Assembly (NCBI RefSeq): GCF_009834535.1
Contig: NC_045696.1
Coordinates: 61,940,001-62,004,000 of the forward strand
Reading direction: 5' to 3'
DNA from: Camelus ferus
Taxonomy: Eukaryota
Length of the DNA stretch: 64,000 bases
Positions 51,560-64,000 of the stretch are shown piece by piece. Under the pieces are notes generated by a model. That model saw nothing but the letters and a program-made list of their open reading frames with translations. It was not told where the DNA came from and did no database searches. The position numbers and the translations under genes were made by a program. Each line of letters begins with the position of its first letter. Positions within the stretch are counted from its first letter, which is position 1.

Positions 51560-52570
51560 TTTAAAATGTAATAGAAAATTTAAAGTATAAACATTAAGAG
51601 ACTGACTAGTATAGCTATATCCATTATAATTCAACAATTATCAACTCATGTCAAGTTTTTTGTTTGTATGGACATATCTACGATACAGACTGACTGATGG
51701 ATGAAGATAAAGATGAAAACAAGAAGTGAACCATAAGTTTATACTGGTTCTTTAATTAAAAATTAGGACCATTACGTTTTTACTTATTCTTGTATCTTTA
51801 TATGCTTTCCTGCATATGAAGAATCCTGGTTCTCAAGACACTGAGGATAACAGAATCAGATACCACAGATGACTTACTTGTTTTAGCCAATATTACATTC
51901 ACAACAGTCTTAAAATAACAAGAAAGCTATAACCATGACATGATTACTGTAAACAGTTAACTATCTTCCCTAGTTCTTTTTATCCTTAGAGTATGGCCTA
52001 TTATAAGGGATATACAGTTGAATACTGTTTTAAAGTCACTTGGAATAGTTCCTTCCTAGGTGCCATACTGCCAGTTGGATATACACCTAGGTTCATTTGT
52101 TCCTTTTTATTTTCAACTTTAACTTTTAGGGGTTGCTTTTAAAAATTTTCATTGTTTTTACAGGTAGGTAAAATAATTCCAAAGTCAATTGTTTCATAAA
52201 ATAAGGATATTAAAAAGAAGTCTAATTTCTATCCCTCTCTCCCTTCTCCACTTTGTCCTGTTCATAAACATTTAAAGAAAGCTTTATCCTTCCATTTTTA
52301 ATAAGTAAACATATATACACATGCAAATATTTATATAAATGTATTCTATATTAATATATGTATATTTAAATTATACATATACTTTATAATTATGTGTGTA
52401 TGTGTACACATGTATGTATTGCTTCTCCTTCTTAAACAGTAACATACACATTTTCCCATCTTGCTTATGTTATTTAATAGGATTTAAAGTAATAGTCTTA
52501 CTGTAGTAATAATAAGAATGCTCCATAGCAGCATATACAGATGTCCCTCATTCTTTTTTTATAGCTATAT
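51560..52570 (-). mobile_element. Old L1MC-like 3' region
   Basis: antisense L1 3'UTR motifs, similar in character to 13400-14000. Confidence 0.5.
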
Positions 52571-52790
52571 GGTTCTTTTACCTCTAACCTCTCTTTGTTA
52601 CAAGAAGATACTGTATAGGGTTAGATTTTGCTGTACTAGCAAATCTGAAAATTGTTTTCTTTTAATAATCAAGTGAGCTAACTTTTGATATGATTAAAGT
52701 TGTGTGATTTCCAGTTCTATTCTTAATATTTTGTTTTATATTTTGTTTATATGTTGAATATATATATATAGTCAAGCCTTTTATATAGCT

Positions 52791-52852
52791 TGTGGCAGAT
52801 TATATTTTCCAAAGATGCCCGGCATCCCACATGTTCTTGTACTATGTGACCA
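52791..52852 (+). mobile_element. MLT1-like (MaLR) LTR 5' fragment
   Basis: tgtggcagattatattttccaaagatg...tcccacatgttctt start motif. Confidence 0.55.
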
Positions 52853-53562
52853 GGCTCCAACTCATCACACATCAGGGCAGTTACCTGTGTAGGAGCCCTC
52901 CTCATGGTTAAGTCCTAACAGGCCACCATAACTAATCCTGACCTCCTCAGCCCTGCAATGCAGATAACTACCTTGCTATGCTCCACCTAATGGCTTAATA
53001 CAAAATTGATCAGGATGTGGAAGGGAAAGAGCTCTTTATTTTTGGATTTTAAAAATTTAAAGGTAAGATGTTCATTATAGTTCACATAGCATTATTAGTT
53101 GTTTTCAGCCATTTTGCCAAGCAAATTAACCAAAGTCCTAGTGACTTAAAATATTCTACATTTGAGAAATCTAAAAACTTTCTGTAAAAAGGTCACATTA
53201 TCTTTTATAGTGAGGTGGAAAATGTACTTTCCTAAGAAGTAACTAAGTTACCATAAAGCAGTTAAAGTCTCAGATATTCAACATTTAAGATACTGGAGAA
53301 CTAAAGTCAATTCCTGATAATTTCTTAAATTTGTGCCTTACTTATTTTGTTAACTCTGTTCAGATTTTCATATTTATGGTCTTTACTTACTATTAACAAC
53401 TCCTTATAACCATCTGTCTGTCTGTCTCAAACATACTTCAATACTTTCCTCAAAGTAACATTTCCCTTAAACTTCCATTTAATTTACCTAGCTAACATTC
53501 CTATCTTTTCCTTTTATTTCAATCAATTCATCCTTTCAGCTCTAACAGTTTCATTCTTATAC

Positions 53563-53620
53563 CCATTCTGTGTACCTTTTCTTTATATTCTCCATTCTGT
53601 GTACCTTTACTTTATATTTT
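53563..53620. repeat. 29-bp tandem duplication (ccattctgtgtacctttwctttatattyt x2)
   Basis: read directly; 2 mismatches. Confidence 0.9.
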
Positions 53621-54790
53621 ATTTTGGAGGAAGAATCTCATTTCTTATCTTCAGTTAAGTCATTTGCATCCCTTTTCCAGAAATTATACCACCACTCATT
53701 TCAGGAAAGCTACTATTGGAGAGAGCTAAAATGTTACCTGGGAGATAATCTCCATTAAACATTGTTGTTATGAAATATATTAGGAAGTCTTTGAACAGCT
53801 GGCCATAAGTTAAATAATATGTGTACGCTTATAGGAGCAGACACAATGTTTAATGGCCAACTTTCTGCATTTTATTCCCCTTTTCAACTTCTAATCTTTA
53901 TTTCCACCCCCACACTATAAGTAAAAAGATGGAAGCAAGGGGAAAGAGAATGGGGAGAAATTTTACCTCCCCCAATTTCCTTGAAACTTGCAGTCCTAAT
54001 TATGAAGGATGAAACTCACTTAATACTCTATGATGAAATATATTAATTAAACACAGAGCTTTAACACCTGAGAGCAACAACTATCAGAGAATGGATATTA
54101 TGATTGATCTAGAAAAGAAAAAGGAAAAGTTTTTGAGTAAAAAGGCAAGCTGGTTGTTTTAAGTAGTTAGGAAGGGGTAGAAAGATACAGGAAGGAAAGT
54201 AAGATACTAAAAAAAAAAAAAAATAACTAGGAAGGTGGTACAGAAAATACTAAACAGATGACATATGCTTGCAAAGAAATGCCACTAATCCAATACAACC
54301 TCTCCGTTCAGCCTCCACTTCTCCCCTCTTTGGTTATTATCAGAAGTAGTTATGAAAATAAAATGAGAAGACAGGTTAAACTCTACCTCTGCAACTCAGA
54401 TTTAAATCAAACCTTTGAAACTCAGAAAAGGGGCTCTGGTCAAACCTCTCAGCTTTTCTAGACTTTAGTCATTTGAAGATTAGGAATAGTAACACCAATC
54501 TCAAAGATTCTTTTTCTTATGAAAATGAAATAAAATGCCTCACAAATTTAAGACATAAACAATGGGAAAGAGAAAATACATTTAATATAAGTTTAAGTCT
54601 ATCCCTTTGATCTCTTTTTCATTTATAATACCATTGTAATATAATTAATATTTTCTGAACCAAAAATAGACATTTAAAGCCTGGAAGTTGCTATAGTATA
54701 CTTGAGGAACAATGAGATAAAGTATTTGTGTTTAGGGCTTTTTGTGAAGACAGGCAGCTTTAGTGTGTGGTTGAGAGAGTAAGTGCAAGG

Positions 54791-55227
54791 TGTGGGGACC
54801 ACTTGGAACCCCAAGGTTGTCACAGAGATTATTTTAAGCTGAAGACATTTGAGGTTCAATAAATGCAGAAAAAAGCCTTATCGGAGCTTTCCTTATCTAA
54901 CTCAAAGCATCAACTTCTGGGAAATGAGGTTACTCTAAATCTCCTCTTTTGGGGAGCTCTACAGCCCTGAAGAAGATGGAAACACCACTCATACCTGTAG
55001 AGACAAACATTATCACAAACTTCCTCCTAAAGAGGTACTTTTCTCCCCACTCCCTTTTCCATACTATGTTAGGAATATAAGCCTTTAATCTTAACCATTT
55101 AATGAGCCAGTTACTTTTGTTGGCTCCCTGGATGCATACTTCTGTTAATCTGTCTTCCGTCAGTTTAATTCACAGGCGCCAACTAATGAAACTAAATGGG
55201 CAGAGGAAAAGTTTTTCCTCCTCTACA
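54791..55227 (+). mobile_element. Intact solo ERV1 LTR (MER34-like), TG...CA, 4-bp TSD AAGG
   Basis: aagg|tgtgggg ... cctctaca|aagg (54787-54790, 55228-55231). Confidence 0.85.
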
Positions 55228-55377
55228 AAGGGCTATCAGAAATCTTAGCCACTTGCCAGCTGTGTAACTGGCAAGTTACTTAACCTTTCTCTGCCTTAGC
55301 TTACACAACTGTAATGTAAAATGACAATTAACAGTGCCCACTCTATAGGGTTTTATGGGAATTAAGAGAGTTAATGT

Positions 55378-55466
55378 GGGGAGGGTATAGCTCAGTGGGC
55401 AGGGAGTGTGCTTAGGGTGCATGAGGTCCTGGGTTCAATCCCTAATCCGTCCATTAAAAAAAAAAA
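55378..55466 (+). mobile_element. tRNA-Ala-derived SINE (Vic-1-like) inserted in a MIR
   Basis: ggggagggtatagctcagtgg...ggtcctgggttcaatccc, A tail. Confidence 0.88.
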
Positions 55467-56759
55467 GTTAGTAAATGTAACATGGTTAGATGCCTGGCAC
55501 ATTTTTTTGTTTCCTATTATAGTCTATCACCCAACCCAAAGGAGATTCTTTAACTATAGACCAGGAATTATTTGTTAAATTTTTGTTAACTTCTGGATAT
55601 GGAATAAAAAACTAGAATAGTAATTCCAGTGCCCATGTTTGATTTCTGATTATGATTCCCAAAAATGATTAGTAGTAAAGTTCTAAAAAATGAATTGTTG
55701 CTTGTCTTTGGAGTTAGCAAAACTGAGGGAAGCTAAGTGATAAAGTCCTTTTAAATGTTTTATAGATTGTTTTTTCAAACTTAGAGTCTAAGTGATTAAA
55801 GTTCAAAGTTCACAAGCTGAAAAACTCGTAACACTATTTCATGGAAGGCTAATAGGAAAGCCATAAATTCTGAAAGATAAAAACTTTCTCCTACCAAAAA
55901 GCTTACCTTCACTCTTTGTCTGTTTTATAGTATGTATGTATGTCAGATTATCAATGAAGCAAAGAATCCCAAGGAATTTGTTATTAGTAAAGTGAAGATA
56001 CTAACTGCAAGGAGATGACTGATTATCAGAGTGTCATGTGACTCCTTTTGTACTTCGTAAAATAGCCAGCTCACTGAGAAATAAAACCTGAGTCTTATCT
56101 TTAATCGATATCCTTGGTCCTCTTAACAGTTACACACTGATGACGTGAAATGTTATTTTTTTAAAAAGTGCTGTACAACAAAAATACATTTGTTAAAAAC
56201 ATAATTAGTATTAAAACAAAACATAAAGCCATTGTGTCAGTGCCTAATAAACAAACATAAGGTAAGTAGCAATACAGCAAGGAGGACAGGTCAGTTTTCA
56301 AAGTACTCAAAACCTGCTTTTAAATTTTAACTTTCTCATCTTTGGTCTTCTGTTATTCTTTCTAGAATGTCATTTCTTCTCTCTGCCTATCTAAAGCCTA
56401 CCCATTCTTTAGGTTTCCAGTTAATTCCCAATCCTACCTGATGGCATTATTTTCCCCTCATACCAGGCAATATGATTTACCTTCTTCTGAATTCCTAAGA
56501 CAATGTCTGTCTTCTATGTTCTACTGGTACTTACCTTGTGTTTATTAGGCAATCACAGCATAGCTGTGGTAAAAGAATACAGTATAAATCAATATTGCCA
56601 GACTGAACACTCACTAAAATATTCCCAGTGAAAAGTATCTAGACTTTGAAGGCAACAGACCTATCACTGAATCCCCGCTATTACTACCAGCATTATTGTT
56701 TGCGTGTATACCATCATCTGTATGTAGGGATACAGCTATGTGTTTCATAAGCCTCTAGA

Positions 56760-57400
56760 GCAAGGCTTAAATAAATAGAAAATAGGCACCTAAATAAACA
56801 TACAATTATAAACCATGTCAAGCGTTATAAAGGAAAAATACCACAGTGCTGTGAGAAATGAAATCATGAGAAGGAGCCAATCATATAAAGAATAGGGGGA
56901 AAGAATATTCTAAGAACAAACAGAATGAACAGAGAATTAGGAAAATATCTGGTATAATGAAGTGTTGAAGGAAGGTCAGTATGGTTAGTGCTTCAGGAGT
57001 AAAAGAAGGAGTAGAGAGCTTGCAGTGAAGTCATATGCATTGTGTGTGCTCAATTATACAGAGCCTTGCAGGTCCTATTAAAGGGTTTGAATCTTATTCA
57101 GAGTATAATGGGAAGTGTTTTAAATGGGAACTGATACAGCCCAATCTTTGTATTTACAAAAATCACTGTGGCTGATGAATAGACTGGAGAAAGTCAAGAA
57201 AGAAGGAGACTTGCTAGAGGCTATTAGAATAGTTTAGGTAAGATCTGATAGTGGGTTTGGTTAGGGTAGTGGCCAAGACACAGAGGTTGAGAAAAGGGAA
57301 GGGAGATCAAGGATGACTCCTAGGCTCTGGCTTAAACATCAGTGGAAGTGCCATTTAAGGAGAGAGTGAAAGAATTGTTTCAGATAAGCTCAATTTCAAA
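56760..57400 (-). mobile_element. L2 fragment
   Basis: purine-rich antisense L2 pattern (gagccttgcagg...gaatcttattc..agtataatgggaag; tcaaggatgactcctagg). Confidence 0.7.
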
Positions 57401-58526
57401 CATTAGGGAGAAATAAAGCTGGAGAAACCAAACAGGAAATTATCTGGTCCATTATTAGGAAATGTTTGGAAAAAAGATAGATACACAAGAGTAATTAACA
57501 TAAGGGTCTAATCTTGAAACGTAGAAGACATATGTTAAATAGTAGCTACTTGAATAATCCAAGTAGAATGCAAATTCTCCTTGATACAAAAATGGCTCCA
57601 TCAAGACTAGAATAGTTAAAAGTTTTAAATACAACTAAAGTTTCATTCAGAAAGGTTCATACGAGAGAAAAGCACAGAAATTAAAAAAAGAACAACAACA
57701 AAAAAACCCCGAGTACAAGTACAGAAAAAGATAATCTGAAAGGGAGATTCCTAGGACCATTCAGTAACTACTGTAGGAAAAGGGTAGCCCACCCTTCCCA
57801 GTCCTTGCCAGTCATCAGTGGCAAGTATACTTACTGCATATATATATAGGCTTAGTTAAGCTTAGTTAAGAGTCACTAAACATGAAAATGGTAAAATTAA
57901 TGATCCTTGTTCTGATATATGCTCATCAAGCATTACAGCAGTTCTTTATCAATCTATTTTTACCTCCTTATTAATAACTTAATATTTTCATCTCGGTCCC
58001 AGAAGATTCTTTCTTGATAAACATTAACTAGAATATGTCTGAATTTTGACCATTCTGAGTCAATTTTCATGCTATGTCTTTTCAGTATAAAGACTCACAT
58101 CGTATAAATTCAGGAACATTTTCTTGACTACTATAATTTCAAACATTTAATCTCTTCTTTTTAAAAAATTTACTTTTTCCAGAAAGTCTAATTATGTTTA
58201 TGTTGTATATACATAATTCCCTGTCTTTTCACTCTAATCTTAAATTCTCTTTGTTTCTACTTAATGTTGTTTACTTTTCCTACTGTATCCTTTATGTCCC
58301 CTATTGATTTTTCTGCAGTGTCTCTGCCTTTCTGTTCCAAGTTAAGAAACTAGTTTGCTTTCTTCTTTTCTGGGTTCTCCTAGCTCAAAGTTAATCTCTT
58401 CTGGTTGTTAAGCCTCTTTTCCTACAGTTCTTTACATATCTACTTTGTGGTCTTCTTTCAAAGAAGTGAATGCATAAATTGTTTCAGAACATTAAAATCA
58501 AATTTTCATCTGATTTGTGCCAATGT

Positions 58527-58555
58527 TGTGTGTGTGTGTGTGCGCGCGCGCGTGT
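58527..58555. repeat. (TG)8(CG)5TGT compound microsatellite
   Basis: read directly. Confidence 0.95.
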
Positions 58556-60344
58556 TGCTAAGTTTTGTTCTTTGTTTCTATCTCTTCTTATTAATATCTT
58601 TGTATGAATGCTAGGCCAGTTCTTTTTAAATTGCTTACTACTGAATGAGTTCGCTGGACCAGAAAGTTTTGGGGTATAGGGTGAGTAAGGAACCATGGGT
58701 TACCTTTAGAGCATTTAAAACCAAGACTGTCACATTATTTGATGCTATCAAGACAGACTGTTTAAATCAAATATGGGTTCTCTATTCTCTAAATGAAATC
58801 ACATCAAGGATGGCTTTTGCTCTAGCATCCTCACTCCAATTTCCACATGGCTTGCCATAAACAACGGATAATGTTTTCATACCTCAAAAACAAGTCCCTT
58901 ACCATTAGGAAGTATAATTTCCTGTCATATTTTAAGTTCTGCTACCACTGAGCATTCTCAAAATTTCATGTTTTCACTCTTTCCTTCTTTCCATGTAGTT
59001 TTTGCCAGATCTCAATCTGCTTAAGCAGCCTTTGCCTGTATTTTGTTGTCTAGGTATTATATCTGACTTCTTAGTTTTGCTTAATGTGAGGTCAAGCTGT
59101 ATGGGTACAAGCATGCGTTTATGTTTTATTTTCCTTGCTGTTTTTGTGTGTTTTCTGGGGAGGTTAAGGAGCAGATACTGACTTTCCCTTAATCTTATCT
59201 AAAGTCATTATTCTTCATAAACATATAAATGAGAGGCTTTCCATAATACTAAGTAACCAGTGATTATAATGTGGTTTCCATACAGTATACCTATAGGGCA
59301 AGAAGGTGCTGACCAGATGATAAAAGCATGTGTACTCTCACTGGTAGTTTTGTTTCTCACAAAAATTAATAAATTGTCATTCTGACTTCTTAATATTAGT
59401 CCTTATTTGCTTGATTAATGTGACTTATTTGGAACTTACCCCTTACACAAATGAATTTATTCTTGTTCAGTTACTAAACCTAAAATGCTGAGTTGTCAAG
59501 AAATATTATATTATGAAATAGCAAGCGATGTCCAACATACTGCTTTGAGCAGGTAAATACATACTAGGTAAATTCCACTCCAGGAAAAGAATAGTAAATG
59601 TAACAATTGCTAAATTATAGAATATTTCACCTGGCTCCTTTAGTCACATCATTCTTTCCTTCTTCACCTTGTTTATGAACATTAACTAGTATGCTATGTA
59701 TTCTTTTGGGTGTTTAAGCTTTTTAAATTCCACTGAGGTTTTATTGAAATGGTTATGTTGATGTACACTAGAGTCTTGTGTATGTTTAAAATGGCATGAC
59801 CTCAAATTTTCCATTACCACCTTCTTCCATTAGGAACTTGGTAAGGTCATGTCCATGATACTTCACCACTTAGAAATATATTACATCCCCAATGTGTATT
59901 CTTTCTCTTTATTTTAAGTAACAACAAAGGTTTAGAAACATGTCTGAAACCTTGATATTAATAAATATAATCTAATTAAAAAGTTAGAAAAAATTGGGAT
60001 AACCTTATTTTCTTTGGCAAAATTACTATCTTTGCCTTTTAATCACTGGGTTAGTATAAGGTATGTTAAGAGGTATGTGTTTGGTCAGATGACAAATTTT
60101 AAAAAATGAACACCTGAAAATTAATCCAAATAATGGTGAAATAAAGAGTTGACAGATACAAGTTCCTACATTATATTAAAAACTCTTTGATAAGATAGTG
60201 AATTAGGTTCATAGTAAACAAATAATAGATTAATAAATCAGACAAAAACATGAAAAGAAAGTTAAGCTTGGGAAGCTAAACTTTTTAAGACAAAGATTTT
60301 AAAAAACTGAAATAAAAAAAGTACAGACAACAAGAATTTATTAC

Positions 60345-60447
60345 CTTCAGGTCGATACTGTGCAACAATTGTGACAGCTTGACCAGCATTTTTTAAAGCA
60401 GCTGCTGCCTGCTCATGGCTGGCAGTTCTGAGGTCAACACTGTTTAC
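60345..60447 (-). CDS. DLG1: DLG1 exon, end of PDZ3 ([35 protein letters not shown])
   Basis: 103 nt, cag|GTA...GAAG|gtaa, phase 0->1; manual translation matches recalled DLG1/SAP97 PDZ3. Confidence 0.97.
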
Positions 60448-61984
60448 CTGTAAATCAAACCAAATCTTAAATTTGAAAGAAAATCATCACATTGATTAGA
60501 AAGCACAATAGCCTGTTCTTTGAGCAGACATAGATTAAAAAAAATTACTTGCAACTACCTTATCACTAAAATATTTTCTTGTTTTGAGCTACTAAAAATA
60601 TACAGTAAAACAAAAGATTACTATCAATCAAAACATTTTTAGTCACTAAAAATACTTTGCTTACTGTCAAGTGAACAAAATTGAAATAGTTTCCCCTAGG
60701 TTTTCCAGAAGATTGTCTATCAGTCTCTTGAGAAATGTACCTTAATTTGACAACCAAAAAAATCAACAAGTGACATTTTGTACATTTCATTTCACTAGTA
60801 ACTCAATCAATTGGAGGGAGATTCATTTCATTTGTAGCATCCTCTCAACTCCTGCCACATTTTCACTACTACTCATTTCAGTTTCAATTCTCTTCCTTCC
60901 TTATCCAAACTAAAATTTCCGTTCTTTTCCAGTAACAGGAAAGCAATTACTTAAAAGTAATTAAAATAACTCTGATTTCAAGGACTGACATTTAAATAAG
61001 GTAAATGTTATTAAATGAACAAGGAGACATTTTTTTCAACACAGGGTCCTTCCTTGGGTGAAATAATTACTGAGGGGCTCATTCACACTCCAGAAGAATA
61101 AGAAACTTAATTCTTATTTCTGAAAAGCTGCCAAAACCAAGCATACTGCAAGATAGATTAATCTTTAGAGACTGAACACTTTCATTACAAGAAAAACTTA
61201 ATATGATATTAATGCGAGCATTAGACTTAAATGTAATAAACTTTAAATATTTACATTTCTTTTTTCCCATAAGAACAATCAATGAATAAAATACAGCAAT
61301 GTTTGGGACCTTCACTGAATATTTTTGGAAAAGAATAAGATCTGTCATGCAATTTTTATACGAAAGCCTGTTTTGTTGACATCTAGTCTAAAACCTATTA
61401 AAGATTACAAACCAATTTTGGAAAATGTGACTACAGAAATTCCTGGGATCACAAAACTTCTATAAAAGAACATTTTAAACAGATAAATACCTGAAGTTTT
61501 ATATTATCTATAAAGGATATCATCATGCAATTAAGTTAAAATATGCACATACCTTTGGAATGGAAACTAAGATTCAAAAATCTTAATCCAAACAAATGTA
61601 ACATAATGTGGTTGTATTAGAAAACATCTCTAGCTGAAGGCTAAAAAAAACTCAACCCAATGTATAAACAGTTCTATACTGAACATAAAGAAAATCCTCC
61701 TAATTCTCAGGAGAACAATTTAGAGAAGAAATACAAAGATAAACTGTCATATATTATTGTAGATAAGATCATAATTTTTAATGAATTATTCCCGAGTATC
61801 AAATCCTTCTGCTACAGAAAAGATCTGAAGACAACCTATATAGATTGAAAAGAGAGTAATTTGTTAAAAAGATTACAAATTACAAATGCTCCTAAATAAC
61901 ACCAAACATTTTAATGGAATACACTATCAAAATCCTAGTATGAATGCATACTGTGTAAACAGACTTAGAGTCATTTTAATTTAA

Positions 61985-63620
61985 ATTAACACTTAAAAAG
62001 TGGAGATGTAATTTACATAAACTCCACACTTTTAATGGGGACAGTTTAGTGTTTGATATATTCACAAGCATGTGTAACCACTACCATACTCTAATTCCAA
62101 AACATTTTCATCAGCCCCCGCCAAAACCCACAACCCATTAGCATTCATTTCCTTCTTCCTTCTCTCCTTTGACCCTGGCAACCCCTATTTTACTTTCTGA
62201 CTCTAAGGATTTGTCTATTTTGTACATTTTAAATGAATGGGATATTATAAATATGTGGCTATTTGGGTATGGCTTCTTTCACTTAGCTTGTTTTCACGGT
62301 TCATCCTGCTTGTAGCCTGTTTCAGTACTTCATTACTTATGATGGCTGAGTAATACTCCATTATATAGATACTCCATATTTTATCTACTATGCTGAATTT
62401 ATTCTTTTTGATACTACTGTAAATTGAATTGTTTTCTTAATTTCACTCTAAGGTTGTTCAATGCTTGTATATAGAAACACAACTGTTTCTTGTGTAGTGA
62501 TTCTCTGTCCCACAAACTTGCTGAGCTTGTTTATTAAATTATTAACTCTGACAGTTCTTTTGGATTTCCTAAGATTTTCTATATGTAAGATCATGGCATC
62601 TATAGAGACAATTTTGCTTCTTCCTTTTTAATCTAGAAAGAGTTTGTTTCTTTTTCTTGTCTAACTGCCTACCTAGAAACTCCAGTACAATGTCAAATAC
62701 AAGTGGCAAGAATGGACACCCTTGCCTTGTTCCTGATCTTAGAGGGAAAGCTTTCACTATTTCAGCATTTAGTGTGACATAAGCTATCGGTTTTTCAGTC
62801 ACCCTTTATCAGGCAGAGGAAGTTCTCTACTATTCCTAATTTGTTTGGTGTTTTTATGATGTAAAGTGTTGGTGTTTGACAAAAGCTTTTTCTATTGAGA
62901 TAAGTGGTCATGTGGTTTATGTCCTTAACTCTATTAATATGGTGTCTTACTTCTATTGGTATTCCTATGTTGAACCAGCCATGCACTCCTTGGATAAATT
63001 CCACTTGGTTATGGTGTACAATCCTTTTTATGCTAGTGTATAATCCTCTTTTATGCTGTTGAATCCAGCTAGCTATTTTGTTGAGGATTTTTACATATAA
63101 ATTTATAAGGGATTTTACAGTCTTCTCTTCTTGTCATATCTTTGTCTGGTTTGATATAATAACAATATTGACCCTGTAGAATGAGTTGGGAAGTGTTATT
63201 CATACCTATCCCTTTTTTGGGAAGAGTTTGGGAACAACAGGTGTTATTTAAATATTCTATAGACTACACTAGTGAGGCTGTCTCATCCTGGGCTTTTTCC
63301 TTTGTGCGAAGTTTTGATAATCTATTCAATCTCCTTAATTGTTATAGTTAGTTTCTATTTCTTCTTGAATCAGTTTCAATAGTTTATGTCTTTCTAGGAA
63401 CTTATCAACAATTGTACAATATATGCAACTATATATCATATACAAGCTATATATAACATATATTATAAAATGTTCTTTGGTTTTTAACAACAATTTTTGT
63501 TTTAAAGTCTACTTTGTTTGATCTTTGTATAGCCATTCTGTATGTTTCTTGGTTACTCTCTGCATGGTATATCTTTCCCAATATTTTAGTTTCAACAAAG
63601 ATTGAATCTATTTTTAATGG
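61985..63620 (-). mobile_element. L1MB-like 3' end plus ORF2 fragments
   Basis: ORFs 62569..62802 (AFPLRSGTRQGCPF), 62795..63004, 63447..63701 (KIYHA..NQ...NKVDFKTK, EN domain). Confidence 0.88.
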
Positions 63621-63864
63621 ATTTTCTAGTATGAATATTATTAATACAAATATTCCAGAAATTATATGAAATTCCAGAAAATCTGGTATGTATGTCATCA
63701 TCCATAATTATCATTATCATCTTAACATGTTGTATGTCACAGAAATAACTAAATTTTCTTGTCACTGCATTATAATTACTTCTCATTAGATATTTAACCA
63801 TGGCCATTTTTAAGTCTTGCCATATACAGTTATTGCTTTACTCTGTTTTTGTAATGTGTTTCAT

Positions 63865-64000
63865 TTTCAGAGACTCATGGGAAGGGCTCTGACATGTACT
63901 CAAGAATACAGGCTTCTGATAACTTTCAGATCATACCACTGAACTGGGTAGAAAGTTACATGACACTAACAGAAAAACTGATGGCTTCATAAAATTGCTA
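63865..64000 (+). mobile_element. Possible ERV1 internal (MER4/MER34-group) fragment
   Basis: gaatacaggcttctgataacttt..gatcatacca..., recalled resemblance only. Confidence 0.35.

Larger units (their letters stand above)
54751..55505 (+). mobile_element. MIR split by an LTR and a SINE
   Basis: head ggcagctttagtgtgtggttgagag; core gccacttgccagctgtgtaactggcaagttacttaacct; tail tgcctggcaca. Confidence 0.75.

Noticed and set aside
10268..55227. The two LTRs as ends of one provirus
   Set aside because: 44 kb apart with DLG1 exons between; divergent, and the second has its own TSD

Overview
Mammalian genomic DNA, not prokaryotic. The window holds the 3' half of DLG1 (SAP97) on the minus strand. 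I mapped 14 coding exons by hand with GT-AG boundaries and consistent phases, from the end of PDZ3 through SH3, the alternatively spliced HOOK region (I3, I2, I5, I4) and the GUK domain to the TGA stop at 6538-6540, followed by a ~2 kb 3' UTR. Six tRNA-Ala-derived SINEs resembling camelid Vic-1 suggest a camel/alpaca/llama source. The introns are mostly transposon fossils: a ~7.1 kb full-length L1 with TSD, a twin-primed 5'-inverted L1, a near full-length Tigger1, two MER34-like ERV1 LTRs, and many old L1M/L2/MIR pieces. The ORF track is mostly spurious or repeat-derived. I found no evidence of a new biological system; the best leads are the HOOK-region splicing logic, speculative extra microexons, unusual retrotransposition structures and candidate CTCF sites. 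Repeat family names and comparisons with human/rodent DLG1 are from recall, not database searches, and old-repeat boundaries are approximate.
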